A stretch of 63,941 bases of DNA, counting the filler. It is 6 parts of 6 records of this genome, joined end to end, with 100 filler letters (N's around TTAATTAATTAA, not from the genome) between each part and the next. Parts side by side here need not be neighbours in the genome. Positions count along the whole stretch, not along the records: positions 58,763 to 63,941 come from SRR31156797_2792; 5 more parts are not named here. The stretch is one strand, 5' to 3'. Positions 60,560 to 63,941 of this stretch are shown piece by piece (positions within the stretch are counted from its first letter, which is position 1; every line of letters starts with the position of its first letter). The notes beneath the pieces are model-generated. The model worked only from the letters and a program-made list of their open reading frames with translations, made no database searches and was not told the DNA's origin. The position numbers were made by a program, and so were the translations under genes.

Positions 60560-61372
60560 ATGCCGAATATGGCCGGAGTGGCCCGAACAGATCCAGGCTT
60601 GAAAAGAAAACGAAACGAAGATTCGTTCTTCCTGGATAATTCCCTGGGTCTCTACCTTGTCGCCGACGGTATGGGCGGGGCCGCCAGCGGCGAGTTGGCC
60701 AGCAAACTCGTGGCCGAAACAGTAGGTAATTACGTCAGCCATTATTCCAAACAGCCCCTGGATTCACCCGAAAGATACGATTTTATTGATCCGGACCTTT
60801 CGGAAAAAGCCAATACCCTCCTTCAGGGCGTCCACCTTGCCAACAGCCTTGTCTACGAAGCTTCCCACCGGGAAGACGATAACCAGGGCATGGGATCAAC
60901 AGTGGCCGCGGTCATGGCCGACGGCGACTGGACCCTTATTGTCAATGTCGGCGACAGCAGGGTAATGCGATCCAGCCGCGGCGAATTGTATCGCCTGACC
61001 GTCGATCACCGCGTCCTGGAGGATCCCATGTTCAGGGATGTCGTGGACCCCGGCACTACAATTATTACACGGATGGGCAACGTGCTCACCAGGGCCATGG
61101 GCGTCAGACAGGCATTGGAACCCGATTTTTATCAAATACCCCTGGAGGAAGGCGATATATTCCTGATTTGCAGCGACGGCCTTACCGATATGGTTTCGGA
61201 AGACGTCATCGCAAAGGTGCTGGCCATGGACCGTTCCCTGGCCAAAAAAGCCGACGATCTGATCGAACTGGCCCTGGCCGGTGGAGGCAAGGACAACGTG
61301 ACCGTCATCCTGATTGAAACCGTCCAGCCCGGCCGTCTCAAAGGGCTCTTGAACAGGATAAAAGGCGGATGA
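60560..61372 (+). CDS. PP2C-family Ser/Thr phosphatase
   Basis: R..NED, VADGMGG, NVGDSR, CSDGL and GG.DN motifs; start moved to ATG 60560. Confidence 0.94.
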   Translation: MPNMAGVARTDPGLKRKRNEDSFFLDNSLGLYLVADGMGGAASGELASKLVAETVGNYVSHYSKQPLDSPERYDFIDPDLSEKANTLLQGVHLANSLVYEASHREDDNQGMGSTVAAVMADGDWTLIVNVGDSRVMRSSRGELYRLTVDHRVLEDPMFRDVVDPGTTIITRMGNVLTRAMGVRQALEPDFYQIPLEEGDIFLICSDGLTDMVSEDVIAKVLAMDRSLAKKADDLIELALAGGGKDNVTVILIETVQPGRLKGLLNRIKGG

Positions 61373-61463
61373 CGCAGGCTTTATCCAAAGGAATCCGTTT
61401 TTCAACGCCGTCCCTGACAAACTCAAATGACAGAGAATTCATACTTGCGCCGGAGGTGACATC

Positions 61464-62243
61464 TTGCCCCTAACGGATATTAACGGCTTTGAAGTCTACT
61501 ACGAACTGCACGAAGGCAAGACCCGGGATACGATCATACTGCTCCACCACGGATTCGGCTGCACAAAAATGTGGAAGGAGATCTATCCGGCCCTGGTGGA
61601 AAAAGGCTTCCGGGTGCTGATGTACGACCGGCGCGGATACGGCGCCTCGGAAGGGGGCGATGATTTCAGATCCTTTTACATCAGCGACCAGTTCCGTAAT
61701 GCAGCCTTTGAAGAATTGACCAGGCTGGCCGATCTGTTAAACCTGGACTCGTTTCACATTGTGGGGCAGTGCGAAGGCGGCGTCGTGGGCGCGGATTTCG
61801 CCGCACGCCGCCCTGGAAAAGTGAAGTCGTTAACCACTTCCAGCACCTTGTGCTTTTCCGAAATAACCATGGCCGATTTTAACAGGCTCAAGTTCCCCAA
61901 ATCCTTCCATGAACTCGATGCCGACATGCGGGATAAACTGCTGGATTGGCATGGCAAGGATTTTGCCGAGGATTTTTTTGAAATGTTCAGAACATACGGA
62001 GGCGCGTATGGCAAGGATTTCTTTGACCTCAGGCCTGTTCTGGCCGATGTTCAATGCCCCTCGCTGGTAATCTATCCTGACAGAAGCTTCCTGTTCGAAG
62101 TTGAACAGGGCTTACACTTTTACCGCTCCCTGCCAAAGGGGGAACTGGCTGTAATCCCCAAGTGCGGCCACAACACCTATGAACAAAATCCCGCTGAATA
62201 CACACGCCTGCTGCTGGATTTTCTGAAAAGACTCGGCGCCTGA
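61464..62243 (+). CDS. alpha/beta hydrolase with Cys at the nucleophile elbow
   Basis: LLHHGFG, YDRRGYGAS, VGQCEGG and CGHN motifs; GGAGG RBS with TTG start. Confidence 0.88.
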   Translation: MPLTDINGFEVYYELHEGKTRDTIILLHHGFGCTKMWKEIYPALVEKGFRVLMYDRRGYGASEGGDDFRSFYISDQFRNAAFEELTRLADLLNLDSFHIVGQCEGGVVGADFAARRPGKVKSLTTSSTLCFSEITMADFNRLKFPKSFHELDADMRDKLLDWHGKDFAEDFFEMFRTYGGAYGKDFFDLRPVLADVQCPSLVIYPDRSFLFEVEQGLHFYRSLPKGELAVIPKCGHNTYEQNPAEYTRLLLDFLKRLGA

Positions 62244-62969
62244 CTCCTCACACGTGCATCATTGTATCGATTCGATGGTCAAGGCTGCTCAAAAGGCAGG
62301 ACTACGTTGGCTTATAGGGATTAAAACTGTACCCGAGCATTATCATACGCTTAGTATCTGAAAGCCGCACATCATTTTTCCCTTGAGACATGGATTAGTG
62401 CCTCAATCCCTATTGCTGTGCTTGATAGCTGTATATTTTTTATCAGTTAATTCAGTTAATGTAGATGTTCCGCCTATTTTCTTATTTGGGGGTTTTTTCA
62501 ATCCTAGTGTAATTTGAATTTAGCCTGGATTATGCGGTTGACAGGCCTATATATCAATTAGGATGCTCATAACTAATTGATAAAATGTCTTTAAATAGGT
62601 TGAGACTGTTGATTTGTGATGTCTGTTAGTTGTGAAAGAATACATGGGATCGTTAGACCAGATTGCAACTGGTAAATAATCCTAGCATAAGTAAATCAAC
62701 AGGTTTTCGGAGGTAAGCACAGCTATACCAGGTGCTGATAATTATGATTGTGAATTATGCGTATTTACGTATAATAGAGATAAGTTACATCTATAGTGAC
62801 ATCGCTATATTTATTGAAAATTTATTTTTTAACGTATTATCATTTGAGCAAAATTAATTGTGACAAAATTGGAGTGTTAGCCAATAGTATGAAAATCTCC
62901 TCAAATGATTCTCGATGTGCGGAAAACTAACAGCCGTATAATAATATTATGTGTAAAGAAGGAGGCGTA

Positions 62970-63941
62970 GTGAAAAAGCAAAACAGAGTCAGTATTATTG
63001 TCTTGTTTATTGGAATAATAATTGGTGGCGCACTATCCACGAAAACAGCCATTGCATCCTCTCAGCGCCCAAGTGATTCAGACCTTATGGCCTTCAAGGT
63101 ATACCACCATACCGTCTATAAGGAGATCACTTCGAAACAAGCAGGGGGTACCAACAAATTACTTCATACTACCGAACTACCCACTGAAGGTACGGACCCT
63201 GTCGTGACTCCCGCCCTGGATCACCTCTATACAAAAGCCGTTTTGGATTTGACAGAAGGTCCGGTAGTAGTGGAACTGCCGGAGGTAGAAAAGGAACGCT
63301 ATTTTTCCATTCAAATTATGGATCAGGAACACTACACCATTTACGATGAAATTCAACCTTCCGGGAAATATGTATTTGTGCGTCAGGGGAAAAAAATGAA
63401 GTTTCCCAAAGGGGCTACGGTGATCGAGAGCCGAAGCGACTATCCACACCTCTTCATCCGAATCCAGGTCTATGATGATGCAGACAGGGCCAATATCCCA
63501 CCTATCCAGGCAGAGATCAAACTGATAGGAAAAAGCAATCCACCCTTGTCTATTGATGACCCGTTAAAATTCGCCTTGGAAAATCATGATGTTTATCCCC
63601 AGAACAAAGAAATTTTGAAGCCTGCAATTGGGTTTACAAAAGAAGACTATCTTCGGGTAAGCAAGTATATCGGGGAGATCGCTCCCAGGTTTAGCGTGAC
63701 CGGCAATACAGGTATGTTCGGCCCTATCGACAGCACGGAGCCTCACTCGAATGATCCGCTCTACAGAGCCGCCGGCATAGTTGGGCATCTTGGGTTTCCC
63801 ATTCATCATGCCTTTTACAAACCCTATTTCACTAATTGCAAAGACGAAGTGTTAAACGGAGACAAACCAGAAGTTTTTGTTTTCCCATATAAGCCGAAAG
63901 GTGTTGAACTGTTCTGGTCGGTAACCCGATACAGTGCTCTG
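62970..63941 (+). CDS. secreted DUF1254/DUF1214-like protein, 3' truncated, absent from ORF track
   Basis: GGAGG RBS with GTG start; MKKQNRVSIIVLFIGIII signal; VVTPALDHLYTKAVLDLTEGPVVVELP...RYFSIQIMD; FWSVTRY at the window edge. Confidence 0.85.
   Translation, partial: MKKQNRVSIIVLFIGIIIGGALSTKTAIASSQRPSDSDLMAFKVYHHTVYKEITSKQAGGTNKLLHTTELPTEGTDPVVTPALDHLYTKAVLDLTEGPVVVELPEVEKERYFSIQIMDQEHYTIYDEIQPSGKYVFVRQGKKMKFPKGATVIESRSDYPHLFIRIQVYDDADRANIPPIQAEIKLIGKSNPPLSIDDPLKFALENHDVYPQNKEILKPAIGFTKEDYLRVSKYIGEIAPRFSVTGNTGMFGPIDSTEPHSNDPLYRAAGIVGHLGFPIHHAFYKPYFTNCKDEVLNGDKPEVFVFPYKPKGVELFWSVTRYSAL

Overview
This window is not one locus. It joins six unrelated contigs through 100-nt artificial spacers (N-run + TTAATTAATTAA + N-run), so no synteny should be read across a spacer. 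Taxonomic labels below are inferred from gene content and base composition. (1) 1-19205, Desulfobacterota-like: tRNA-Gly, rimP-nusA-ylxR-infB-DUF503-rbfA-DHH-truB-rpsO-pnp-M16 peptidase-dut-MBL hydrolase, a 5'-nucleotidase, trmL, an HDOD protein, an OYE remnant and a threonine dehydratase with an apparent lipoprotein signal. (2) 19306-33764, Bacteroidota-like: sensory/bifurcating [FeFe]-hydrogenase operon, S46 peptidase, maf, UbiA, kdsC-like, porin, acyl-CoA dehydrogenase. (3) 33865-41268, very AT-rich: a GH43 xylosidase and a ROK repressor that share an operator, separated by a four-gene secreted-protein operon under a c-di-GMP-II riboswitch. (4) 41369-50395, spirochaete-like: XRE/HipA, amino-acid ABC transporter, Cache-HAMP adenylate cyclase with an orphan SBP, MCP. 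(5) 50496-58662, Desulfobacterota-like: tRNA-Thr, ndk, two YkgJ proteins, and a sigma54 two-component system with archaemetzincin upstream of a lipoyl-less, Cys-repeat GcvH-like gene. (6) 58763-63941: CHASE2-Ser/Thr kinase, PP2C, a Cys-nucleophile alpha/beta hydrolase and a DUF1254-like ORF missing from the ORF track. The best candidate for an undescribed system is the riboswitch-controlled cluster at 36101-39475. It encodes two class-5-pilin-like subunits and an internally duplicated chaperone-like protein, with no usher or sortase in the operon. The second candidate is the sigma54/archaemetzincin/GcvH-like module at 53708-58662. No database searches were run.
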